Positions 56,793 to 64,000 of a DNA stretch of 64,000 bases are shown piece by piece. The DNA comes from Waddliaceae bacterium (GTDB lineage: Bacteria; Chlamydiota; Chlamydiia; Chlamydiales; SLOH01), in the NCBI GenBank assembly GCA_040880105.1, contig JBBDJA010000001.1, positions 96,001-160,000 of the forward strand, written 5' to 3'. A program made the position numbers and the translations under genes. Position 1 is the stretch's first letter, and each line of letters opens with the position of its first letter. The notes under the pieces were generated by a model. That model saw nothing but the letters and a program-made list of their open reading frames with translations, did not search any database and was not told the origin of the DNA.

Positions 56793-57746
56793 ATGGATCG
56801 AGCACCTGTCGTAATTATTGGTTCAGGACCAGCCGGCTACACTGCGGCCATCTACGCATCAAGAGCAAATTTAGAGCCAGTAATGTTTGAAGGGTTTTAT
56901 TCCGGCCCCGCAGGCGGACAATTAATGACGACAACTGATGTCGAGAATTACCCGGGATTTCCTAGCGGGGTGATGGGTCCTGACTTAATGCAAAATTTTC
57001 GCAAGCAAGCTGAAAGATTCGGAACGAAATTTTTTACAGATGATGTTGTTGATGTCGATTTTAGCGCCCATCCCTATACAGTTAAAGGAAAGAAACACAG
57101 TGTCTTAGCAGATAGTGTGATTATAGCGACCGGGGCCAGCGCAAATCGTCTGGCAATTCCTGGCAGTGGGGATGATGAATTTTGGCAAAAAGGGGTGACA
57201 GCATGTGCCATTTGCGATGGAGCAGCTCCAATTTTTAGAAACGGACGTTTATTTGTGATCGGCGGCGGAGACTCTGCTTGTGAAGAGGCGATTTATCTTA
57301 CGAAATTTGGAAGGGAAGTCTTTCTTGTCCATCGACGCGATGAGCTCCGAGCTTCAAAAATCATGCAGCAGCGTGCCATCAATCACCCAAAAGTTACGAT
57401 TTTATGGGATACGATCCTCACCAAAATCGATGGGGACACTGTAGTTAAAGAAGTCGCTCTTAAAAATCTTAAAACCGAAGAAGAGAGAGTAGAAGAGGCA
57501 AATGGGGTCTTTTTTGCAATTGGACACACACCCAATACTGCATTCCTTAAAGGTAAGGTGAAGCTTCACGATAATGGCTATATCGCGGTAGACCCCGGTA
57601 CAACAAAAACAAATATTGACCTTGTCTTTGCTTGCGGAGATGTGCAAGATCACGTGTACCGTCAAGCAATTACAGCTGCTGGAACCGGATGTATGGCAGC
57701 CATTGAGGCTGAACGTACCTTAAGCGAAAGAGGAATTATTCAATAG
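56793..57746 (+). CDS. trxB: Thioredoxin reductase
   Basis: IIGSGPAG, GGQLMTTTDVENYPG, CAICDG, GGGDSA, FACGDV, YRQAITAAG. Confidence 0.97.
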   Translation: MDRAPVVIIGSGPAGYTAAIYASRANLEPVMFEGFYSGPAGGQLMTTTDVENYPGFPSGVMGPDLMQNFRKQAERFGTKFFTDDVVDVDFSAHPYTVKGKKHSVLADSVIIATGASANRLAIPGSGDDEFWQKGVTACAICDGAAPIFRNGRLFVIGGGDSACEEAIYLTKFGREVFLVHRRDELRASKIMQQRAINHPKVTILWDTILTKIDGDTVVKEVALKNLKTEEERVEEANGVFFAIGHTPNTAFLKGKVKLHDNGYIAVDPGTTKTNIDLVFACGDVQDHVYRQAITAAGTGCMAAIEAERTLSERGIIQ

Positions 57747-58549
57747 TGCGTCACATCCTCTTATGCTTATTTTTCCCACTTTCATGCATTGCCACTCAGC
57801 TAGCCCCGTGGTTTAAAACGAGTTTAGAGATGTACCCTTACGCTAGCTACCAACTGCAGCAGTATAATGATGTACAAACAGCATTTGGCTCTGTCCCAAG
57901 ATCTACTGTAGACCATTTTGTTACTCTTGGAATTTATACATTTTATGACATTTATGCAGCAGAAGCCGAGATTTTATTAGCTGAAACAAAAAGCAACCCA
58001 TTTGGTTTTGATTCTACTAAGATTACTTTAAGATATCGATGGCTGGACGATATTATCGGAGATTATATGAGTGTTGTGTTTGGAACCTCATATATCCAAA
58101 CTGTCACTAAGAGAAGAGACGATATCAGCAGTTTTCATCACGGAAATGTAGAAGGGGAGTTTCATGTCTCGGCAGGAAAAGAGTTCTCCTGCGGTCACTT
58201 TTGGTATTCTAGATATTGGGGTCTTGCTGCTATTGGGGTCGCTGATAAAGGATCGCCATGGCTTCGGGGGCACCTTCAGTTTGATTATAATCATTTCGAC
58301 CTCCATCGGTATGGTATTTTTCTGCAAACGTTGGTCGGACTCGGAAATCAAAAGCTCAATTTAAATCAGCCGTTTCATGGATATGGTCCAATTCACCATC
58401 AAAGCGTCAATGTAGGTGTAGAGTATCGATACGATAGCTTTTGTTTTGGGATTCTTGAAGTCGAATATAAACGTCGATTATTTGCGAGAAACTTTCCTGA
58501 AGATGTGAATCTTTTTAAATTGACCTACACCTATCCCTTTGGACTCTAA
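57746..58549 (+). CDS. Putative outer-membrane beta-barrel protein
   Basis: Signal peptide, aromatic-rich alternating strands, C-terminal FKLTYTYPFGL. Confidence 0.65.
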   Translation: MRHILLCLFFPLSCIATQLAPWFKTSLEMYPYASYQLQQYNDVQTAFGSVPRSTVDHFVTLGIYTFYDIYAAEAEILLAETKSNPFGFDSTKITLRYRWLDDIIGDYMSVVFGTSYIQTVTKRRDDISSFHHGNVEGEFHVSAGKEFSCGHFWYSRYWGLAAIGVADKGSPWLRGHLQFDYNHFDLHRYGIFLQTLVGLGNQKLNLNQPFHGYGPIHHQSVNVGVEYRYDSFCFGILEVEYKRRLFARNFPEDVNLFKLTYTYPFGL

Positions 58550-59833
58550 TAGTTTTTGATACAATAGTTTAAAAGGCAAGATGGGGACCTGGATCAAAAA
58601 GTAAAGAAATATCTTTAAAAAACTCCAGAATACGTTTAATTTTGCAACAAGAACATGAAAGACTTGCACTGCAAGCCGACACACCTTAACAACTATTGCA
58701 TAGAGCCATTTCAGCCATTTAGAAAATACCGAAAGCGCTCTCTCTGTTGTCAATACCACCTTGTTTAGAATGACCTGAATTCTCTTCGCAACAACGCCGG
58801 GAGGCTTTTGCTTTCTTGATCCCTTTCGTTCCCTGTTTTGACTAAACTTAAATAGTGGCATAATCAGCGAAAGGGGGGGGAGAATCACATATTGATACAC
58901 ATTTTCTGCCACACTCTTTACACTTTCCACACCCTTTTCAGAGACATTTTGAACTTTCGAGATGAGCTCCCGAGATTTTTCTCGTAGCTTCTCAAGAGGA
59001 GCGTCAATAGCTTTTCGTACTGCCTTTTCTACAAATTTCAACCTTTCATTTATTTTGAAACCGAAGTTTCCAACGCTTGATATCAATTTTTCTACAACGA
59101 CCTGAACCGGCTTCATAAGAGCTTTCCCTCTCTGCATCATCTGAATAAGGGGCGCTAGCGAGTGAACGCCGCTCATAAGGAGTGCATTAAACTGATTAAG
59201 CTTCACGTTTGAATATGTTAACAATTGAGCAAGTGGCCTTCCAAGCTTTGATACTATTTTTGTGAAGAGTTGCCTATCTTGAATATTTTTAAACAAGAGA
59301 GATAACTTTTCACTGATTATGTTTACGGGAATAAGGAGAAGTTGAGCAGATTGTCTCAAAGCTTTTAATGAGAAGAGAAGACCGTTTTGCAGTGCACTTG
59401 AAAGCTTTGAAAAGGCGAGCTTAATGGGGGGGCCAAATTTTGCAAGTTGCATTTTTTGAAAATTAAGAATGGACCTTAAAATGGTTTGTGAGAAATTTTT
59501 AACGATCTTCAATAGTGGACGAAATTTTGTTACAAAAATCCAGTTAGGAATTTTTAAAAAAATGAAGATCGGAAGAGAAGCTAAAATTAAAAGTGCGGTA
59601 CGACCCAAACTGATCACTCGCAGCTTTTTTGATCCGCTGTTTAGATTGCCACTTTTTATTAGTTGATGAAATTGATCAAGTAGCGTTTTTTCTTCGATAG
59701 AGGAGATCGTATCTTTGTTTTTCGACAAAGACAACTTCTTGTGCGCTTTTAGGCTTGCGTTGCTTGTATCATAGGGATTCACATACCTTGAACAGCTTTG
59801 AATAGAGTTTTTATAAATATCTTGCTTTCCCAT
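58478..59833 (-). CDS. Basic amphipathic-helical hypothetical protein
   Basis: About 450-aa ORF rich in K/L/S with hydrophobic segments; TTGACA-17-TAAATT at 59888-59860. Start likely ATG 59833. Confidence 0.7.
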   Translation of the reverse strand: MGKQDIYKNSIQSCSRYVNPYDTSNASLKAHKKLSLSKNKDTISSIEEKTLLDQFHQLIKSGNLNSGSKKLRVISLGRTALLILASLPIFIFLKIPNWIFVTKFRPLLKIVKNFSQTILRSILNFQKMQLAKFGPPIKLAFSKLSSALQNGLLFSLKALRQSAQLLLIPVNIISEKLSLLFKNIQDRQLFTKIVSKLGRPLAQLLTYSNVKLNQFNALLMSGVHSLAPLIQMMQRGKALMKPVQVVVEKLISSVGNFGFKINERLKFVEKAVRKAIDAPLEKLREKSRELISKVQNVSEKGVESVKSVAENVYQYVILPPLSLIMPLFKFSQNRERKGSRKQKPPGVVAKRIQVILNKVVLTTERALSVFSKWLKWLYAIVVKVCRLAVQVFHVLVAKLNVFWSFLKIFLYFLIQVPILPFKLLYQKLLESKGIGVGQFKKIHIFRKVSRK

Positions 59834-60059
59834 ATACAAACCTTATAAAGGTAAAAAATAATTTACACAAAAAATTATTAATTGTCAATAAAAGGAAGAT
59901 CGGGATTACTCGGGTTCTATTAAATTATGTATGATGTTTTTCTATAATCAAAAAAATATCGATCAAACTTCAAGAAAAGGCGCTAAATTTAACAACATGA
60001 GTTTTTCAGTAATAAGTATCGAATAGATACCTCTACTTGCATAAATGTGCAATCTTGAC

Positions 60060-60088
60060 TTGCAGATTTTTCTAGGATTTCCTATAAT
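60060..60088 (+). promoter_or_regulatory. Sigma66-type promoter for the small-protein/ybeY operon
   Basis: TTGCAG, 17 nt, TATAAT; AAAGGAGA SD follows before ATG 60118. Confidence 0.75.
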
Positions 60089-60117
60089 ACTCCTAATTCG
60101 ATAAAGGAGAAGTTCCA

Positions 60118-60291
60118 ATGGTTAGAATCAGCAAGCAAAATCAGCGTCGGGCAACTTCGCCGCGTAAGCCAAAAATAGGCGCCGAAAAGACAGGCCCAAA
60201 AAAGGATAATCTATCTAAGGGTTATCGTGAGCACGAAAATGCTGTTCCAAGTAAACATTCAGAGTCAATTTTTGTTGGTAAGGTAGGTTAG
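60118..60291 (+). CDS. Small basic protein (57 aa), resembles chlamydial CT421.1-type proteins
   Basis: Below the ORF-track cutoff. MVRISKQNQRRATSPRKPK..SESIFVGKVG with strong SD and promoter. Confidence 0.8.
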   Translation: MVRISKQNQRRATSPRKPKIGAEKTGPKKDNLSKGYREHENAVPSKHSESIFVGKVG

Positions 60292-60293
60292 AT

Positions 60294-60449
60294 ATGTCAA
60301 GACACCCAAGTTACGGTAAAAGCACAAGTGGCGTTAAGAAGCGCAATGTATTAAAACGTTTTGAACGTGTAGACCGACTCAAAGAACTCGGAAAATGGGA
60401 CAAGGATACGAAAAGGGTAACAGGACTACCAAAGACGCCTGTAAATTAA
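60294..60449 (+). CDS. PVC-superphylum small basic signature protein (51 aa)
   Basis: Below the ORF-track cutoff. MSRHPSYGKSTSGVKKRNVLKRFERVDRLKELGKWDKDTKRVTGLPKTPVN carries the RNVLKRxER..W..GLPK signature. Confidence 0.92.
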   Translation: MSRHPSYGKSTSGVKKRNVLKRFERVDRLKELGKWDKDTKRVTGLPKTPVN

Positions 60450-60452
60450 TAC

Positions 60453-60893
60453 GTGGATGTTTGCATACAAAACAAGCAGACCGATCTCTCAATTAATTTA
60501 TCCAAAATCCCTTCAATCGTAGAGCAGGTTATCACATTTGAAAGGCAAAAGTGCGACGAAGTGGAAATCCATTTCGTCGACAAAAATACAATAGCGTCAC
60601 TTCATGACCAGTATTTTAATGACCCGACTCCAACAGACTGCATCTCATTCCCTCTTGATGGCGAGGAGTGTTCCCACTATCGACATATGGGAATTGTAGT
60701 GGTTTGTCCCCAAGTGGCTGTCGAATACGCCAAAGATCAATCTCTCGACCCTCAGAGAGAAACTATTCTCTATCTCGTTCATGGACTTTTGCACTTAATC
60801 GGGTATGACGATCAGAGTGATAAAGATCGCATGATCATGCGCCAATCAGAGAAAATGAATATGGAAATGCTTGAAGAGAAAAAACTTCTTTAG
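60453..60893 (+). CDS. ybeY: rRNA maturation endoribonuclease YbeY
   Basis: PTDCISFP, HGLLHLIGYDD. Confidence 0.93.
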   Translation: MDVCIQNKQTDLSINLSKIPSIVEQVITFERQKCDEVEIHFVDKNTIASLHDQYFNDPTPTDCISFPLDGEECSHYRHMGIVVVCPQVAVEYAKDQSLDPQRETILYLVHGLLHLIGYDDQSDKDRMIMRQSEKMNMEMLEEKKLL

Positions 60894-60901
60894 AATATAA
60901 A

Positions 60902-60933
60902 TTCGTTTCAGTTATAGGTTAAACTGAAATGAA
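60902..60933. other. Intergenic stem-loop between ybeY and the CBS gene
   Basis: TTCGTTTCAGTT-8 nt-AACTGAAATGAA (12 bp, one G-U); no clear U-tract. Confidence 0.45.
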
Positions 60934-60989
60934 ACATTCGAACTCAAAAATTTATCAAAAATTATTGTAATTTATCATAGGCACACACT

Positions 60990-62321
60990 TTGGATTCCGC
61001 TGGATATTTCATTTTTTTATTCATTTTTCTAATTGGCACATCCTCGCTAAACGCGCTGCAAAGCTCGCTTCGTCTGATGTACACTCGTGACATGTCGCTT
61101 GAACTTTCCAATAAGTCGTTTTTCTATGGCTTTTTGCATCGCTTTTTCTTCACACAGGCAAAATATGAAGATTTTCTTTTCGCATTTATTTGTACACAAA
61201 ACATCACAAGATTTTTATTCGGATCGACAGCGATTTTATTTATATTCAGCGCTCATCCTCTCTTTTCCAATCTATTTGGTTTGGACTTGCTGATCACCGG
61301 ATCCTTTTTTGTCATCATCTCTCTATTTTTTGGCGAGTACCTGCCGAGATTAATCGGTCTTCGACATCCACAGACGACCTACATTCTCATAGCGCCTATC
61401 GCATCACTTTTTTTGTTAGCCGCCTTTCCTATTATCTGGATTAGCATAAAATTTTTAAAATTGATATTCGGCGATATTCACTTGGATCATTTAAAAGAAC
61501 CTATGACCAGAACCAAGCAGGAAATTTACGAAATGATTCATAAGAGTCGAGTAGAGAGCCATATTTCAAATGAAGAAAAGCGGTTGATCGAATCTGTTCT
61601 TACCTTTAAAGATCGAATTGCAAGAGAGATTATGGTTCCTCGCGTTGAATTGTTTATTCTCTCATCTGAAACCTCTATTCGCGAAGCTGCCAAACTGATC
61701 GATGAAGAAGGATTCAGCCGTATCCCAATCTATGAAGAGACTGTCGACAACATCGTCGGTGTTGTGATGTACAAGGACTTGATTAAGCAATATATGGAAT
61801 ATGAGAAGACCCAAAACAATTCCATTTTGGATGCTCCTGTTAAATCCATTCAAAAGAGTGTTTTCTATATTCCGGAAACAAAAAAAATCTCGATTCTCCT
61901 TCAAGAATTTCGAAAAAAGCAAGTGCATATGGCAATCATTGTCGATGAGTACGGAGGGACTGAGGGCGTTGTAACCATTGAAGATATTCTAGAGGAAATT
62001 GTTGGTGAGATTTCTGATGAGTATGATGAAGAGGAAGAGCTTTTTATCGAAAAGAAGGAAGGCCACTGGATCGTAGACCCTAGAATGAGTATCATCGACG
62101 CTGAAGAGCAACTTGGGATCAAAATTCCCCAGGAAGGCGACTATGACACAATCGGTGGCTACATTTTTCATTCAACGGGAACTATTCCACCTAAGGGTCT
62201 TGTCATACATCAAGAAAATTTCGACCTTGAAATTCTCAATTCAGATGAGAGACGAGTTGAAAAGGTATTGATTAAAAGACGAAGTGCCGCAGATGATGAG
62301 CGAGAAGATGACAACCGTTAA
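60990..62321 (+). CDS. HlyC/CorC family CBS-domain membrane protein
   Basis: TM region with FFGEYLPR, REIMVPR, FSRIPIY, IVDEYGGTEGVVTIEDILEEIVGEI, YDTIGG. Confidence 0.93.
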   Translation: MDSAGYFIFLFIFLIGTSSLNALQSSLRLMYTRDMSLELSNKSFFYGFLHRFFFTQAKYEDFLFAFICTQNITRFLFGSTAILFIFSAHPLFSNLFGLDLLITGSFFVIISLFFGEYLPRLIGLRHPQTTYILIAPIASLFLLAAFPIIWISIKFLKLIFGDIHLDHLKEPMTRTKQEIYEMIHKSRVESHISNEEKRLIESVLTFKDRIAREIMVPRVELFILSSETSIREAAKLIDEEGFSRIPIYEETVDNIVGVVMYKDLIKQYMEYEKTQNNSILDAPVKSIQKSVFYIPETKKISILLQEFRKKQVHMAIIVDEYGGTEGVVTIEDILEEIVGEISDEYDEEEELFIEKKEGHWIVDPRMSIIDAEEQLGIKIPQEGDYDTIGGYIFHSTGTIPPKGLVIHQENFDLEILNSDERRVEKVLIKRRSAADDEREDDNR

Positions 62322-63819
62322 CTTGCTTTTCTTCGCTCTTGGAATCGTCGTTTCTTTTTTATACTATCGCAAAAAACTTGGTCATCTGGATCAATTAGCT
62401 CAAACAATTCTTCAAAGAGCCGAGCTTGAGGCAGATGAGACAATCGCATCGGCTAAAGTTGAAGCTAAAAAGTTTCAACTCGAAGAGCATCGCGCATTAG
62501 AAATCAAACGAGCTGCATTTGACAATCGCATGGAAAAATCGCAAAACAGGTTGCATGATAGAGAAGACAGGCTTAATGAGCTTGAAAGTGAAATGGATCG
62601 AAGAGAAAAGCGATTACGCATCGAGTCCCATGATATTGATCAGCGTGCAGATGTTCTTACTCAAACGGAGTTTGAGTTAGTCAAGCAGTTAGAGCGCGCA
62701 GCGTCTTTGACTAAAGATGATGCGAAACAGGAGCTGATGAAGTGTTTTAATCGCGAACTTGAAGAAGAGACTCGTCGCTCCTTATCACGACATCAGGAAC
62801 AACTCAATCTTATCAAAGAGGAAAAATCAGCCTCTATCTTGTCGACTGTAATCGGTCGTATTTCCACACAATTCGTGTCACAGCGAACAACTCAAACAAT
62901 TGCTATACCGAGCGATGATTTAAAGGGGCGCTTGATCGGCAGAGAGGGAAGAAATATTCGCACTCTTGAACATGAATGCGGTGTGAATGTGATCATCGAT
63001 GACAAGGCGCGCTGTGTTCAAATCTCATGTTTTGATCCTATTCGACTCTTTATCGCAAAGAAAGCAATTAATGAATTGTTTTCTGACGGACGCATCCACC
63101 CGACCAAAATACGGGCAGTCATTGAGGACGCAAGACGATCGATTCCTAATAAAATTCTAAAAGAGGGGGAGAAAGCCGCGTCCCTTGCCGGTGTCTTTGG
63201 CTTGCATATTGAGCTTATAAAACAATTGGGCGCCCTTCACTTTCAGAGCAGTTTAGGACAAAACGTACTTCAGCATTCAGTTGAGGTGAGCCAAATCATG
63301 GCTCTTCTTGCTTCAGAGCTGCAACTAGACAGCAAGCTTGCTGCCCGCATCGGACTTCTACATGATATTGGAAAGGCATCTTCAGCAGTGGATCGCTCAC
63401 ACGCGCTTGCCGGATATGACTTTGCAATCAAATACGGTGAAGGTGAAAAAGTTGCAAATGGGATCGGTTGTCACCACTTTGAAATGACTCCTCAAACAAT
63501 TGAAGGCAGCTTATGCGCAACTGCCGACGCGATTTCTGCCGCTCGTCCGGGCGCCCGAATTGAGGCGATTGAAGAGTATATTAAACGCAACGAAGAACTG
63601 GAGAAAATTGCCATCTCATGCGAAGGAGTGGAAAAAGCTCACGCGCTGCAAGCGGGTCGAGAGCTCCGAGTTATTGTTTCAGCCAATCTCGTATCAGAGG
63701 CTAGGGCGCCTCTACTTGCAAGAGAAATAGCAAAAAAGGTGGAAGAGACTCTTTCATATCCAGGTCGAATCCAGGTGACAGTCTCTCGGGAAAAAAATAT
63801 CGTCGAATATGCCTATTAG
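62308..63819 (+). CDS. rny: Ribonuclease Y
   Basis: N-terminal TM, coiled coil, KH motif KGRLIGREGRNIR, HD motif LLHDIGK, ADAISAARPGAR, QAGRELRV. Confidence 0.95.
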   Translation: MTTVNLLFFALGIVVSFLYYRKKLGHLDQLAQTILQRAELEADETIASAKVEAKKFQLEEHRALEIKRAAFDNRMEKSQNRLHDREDRLNELESEMDRREKRLRIESHDIDQRADVLTQTEFELVKQLERAASLTKDDAKQELMKCFNRELEEETRRSLSRHQEQLNLIKEEKSASILSTVIGRISTQFVSQRTTQTIAIPSDDLKGRLIGREGRNIRTLEHECGVNVIIDDKARCVQISCFDPIRLFIAKKAINELFSDGRIHPTKIRAVIEDARRSIPNKILKEGEKAASLAGVFGLHIELIKQLGALHFQSSLGQNVLQHSVEVSQIMALLASELQLDSKLAARIGLLHDIGKASSAVDRSHALAGYDFAIKYGEGEKVANGIGCHHFEMTPQTIEGSLCATADAISAARPGARIEAIEEYIKRNEELEKIAISCEGVEKAHALQAGRELRVIVSANLVSEARAPLLAREIAKKVEETLSYPGRIQVTVSREKNIVEYAY

Positions 63820-63976
63820 TACATATTTGAACATTTGTTTTTTTACCTGCTTATGATTTTTAAGCATACGTTTTGGAGACTAATCGCGAATAATAAAACC
63901 TTTAAACAATTCCCCTTGCCAAAAGTGACTTGGCCTTGTAAAATCTTGTCAATTAGTACTGAGGAGAGAATATTCT

Positions 63977-64000
63977 ATGGCGCGATCGATATGCTACTGC
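63977..64000 (+). CDS. Start of a further gene (partial, MARSICYC...)
   Basis: ATG 63977 preceded by GAGGAG; only 8 codons are visible. Confidence 0.45.

Overview
64-kb chromosomal segment of an environmental Chlamydiota bacterium. The assignment rests on the PVC-superphylum small basic protein beside ybeY/CBS, long-form IspG, PPi-PFK with an alpha/beta hydrolase neighbour, the rpe-efp-accB-accC order and Inc-like proteins. Core content: tamAB, hemL, nfeD-nfeD-floA-yggS, clpB, ispG, pduO, rpe-efp-accBC, LOG-queG-yitT, surE, ttcA, pfp, fabH-fabD-fabG-acpP, trxB, ybeY, a CBS/CorC gene, rny and four tRNAs (Val-TAC, Asp-GTC, Thr-TGT, Tyr-GTA). Accessory or unusual content: (i) an AT-rich array of five paralogous small hydrophobic-hairpin genes at 11.5-14.0 kb, two of them broken; (ii) a six-gene arginine succinyltransferase operon with an M20 hydrolase in place of AstE and a coupled YdiJ-like FAD/Fe-S dehydrogenase; (iii) a second trio of Inc-like paralogues at 34.7-36.9 kb and an effector-like protein with RRGS repeats; (iv) a MoxR-type AAA+ ATPase coupled to a TraB/TIKI-like protein with a possible degenerate vWA module, downstream of ttcA; (v) an 87-bp tandem repeat made from the acpP 3' end and its terminator. 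No CRISPR array, rRNA, transposase or integrase was found. All family calls come from reading motifs by eye. Comparisons to other genomes are from recall and were not verified by search.
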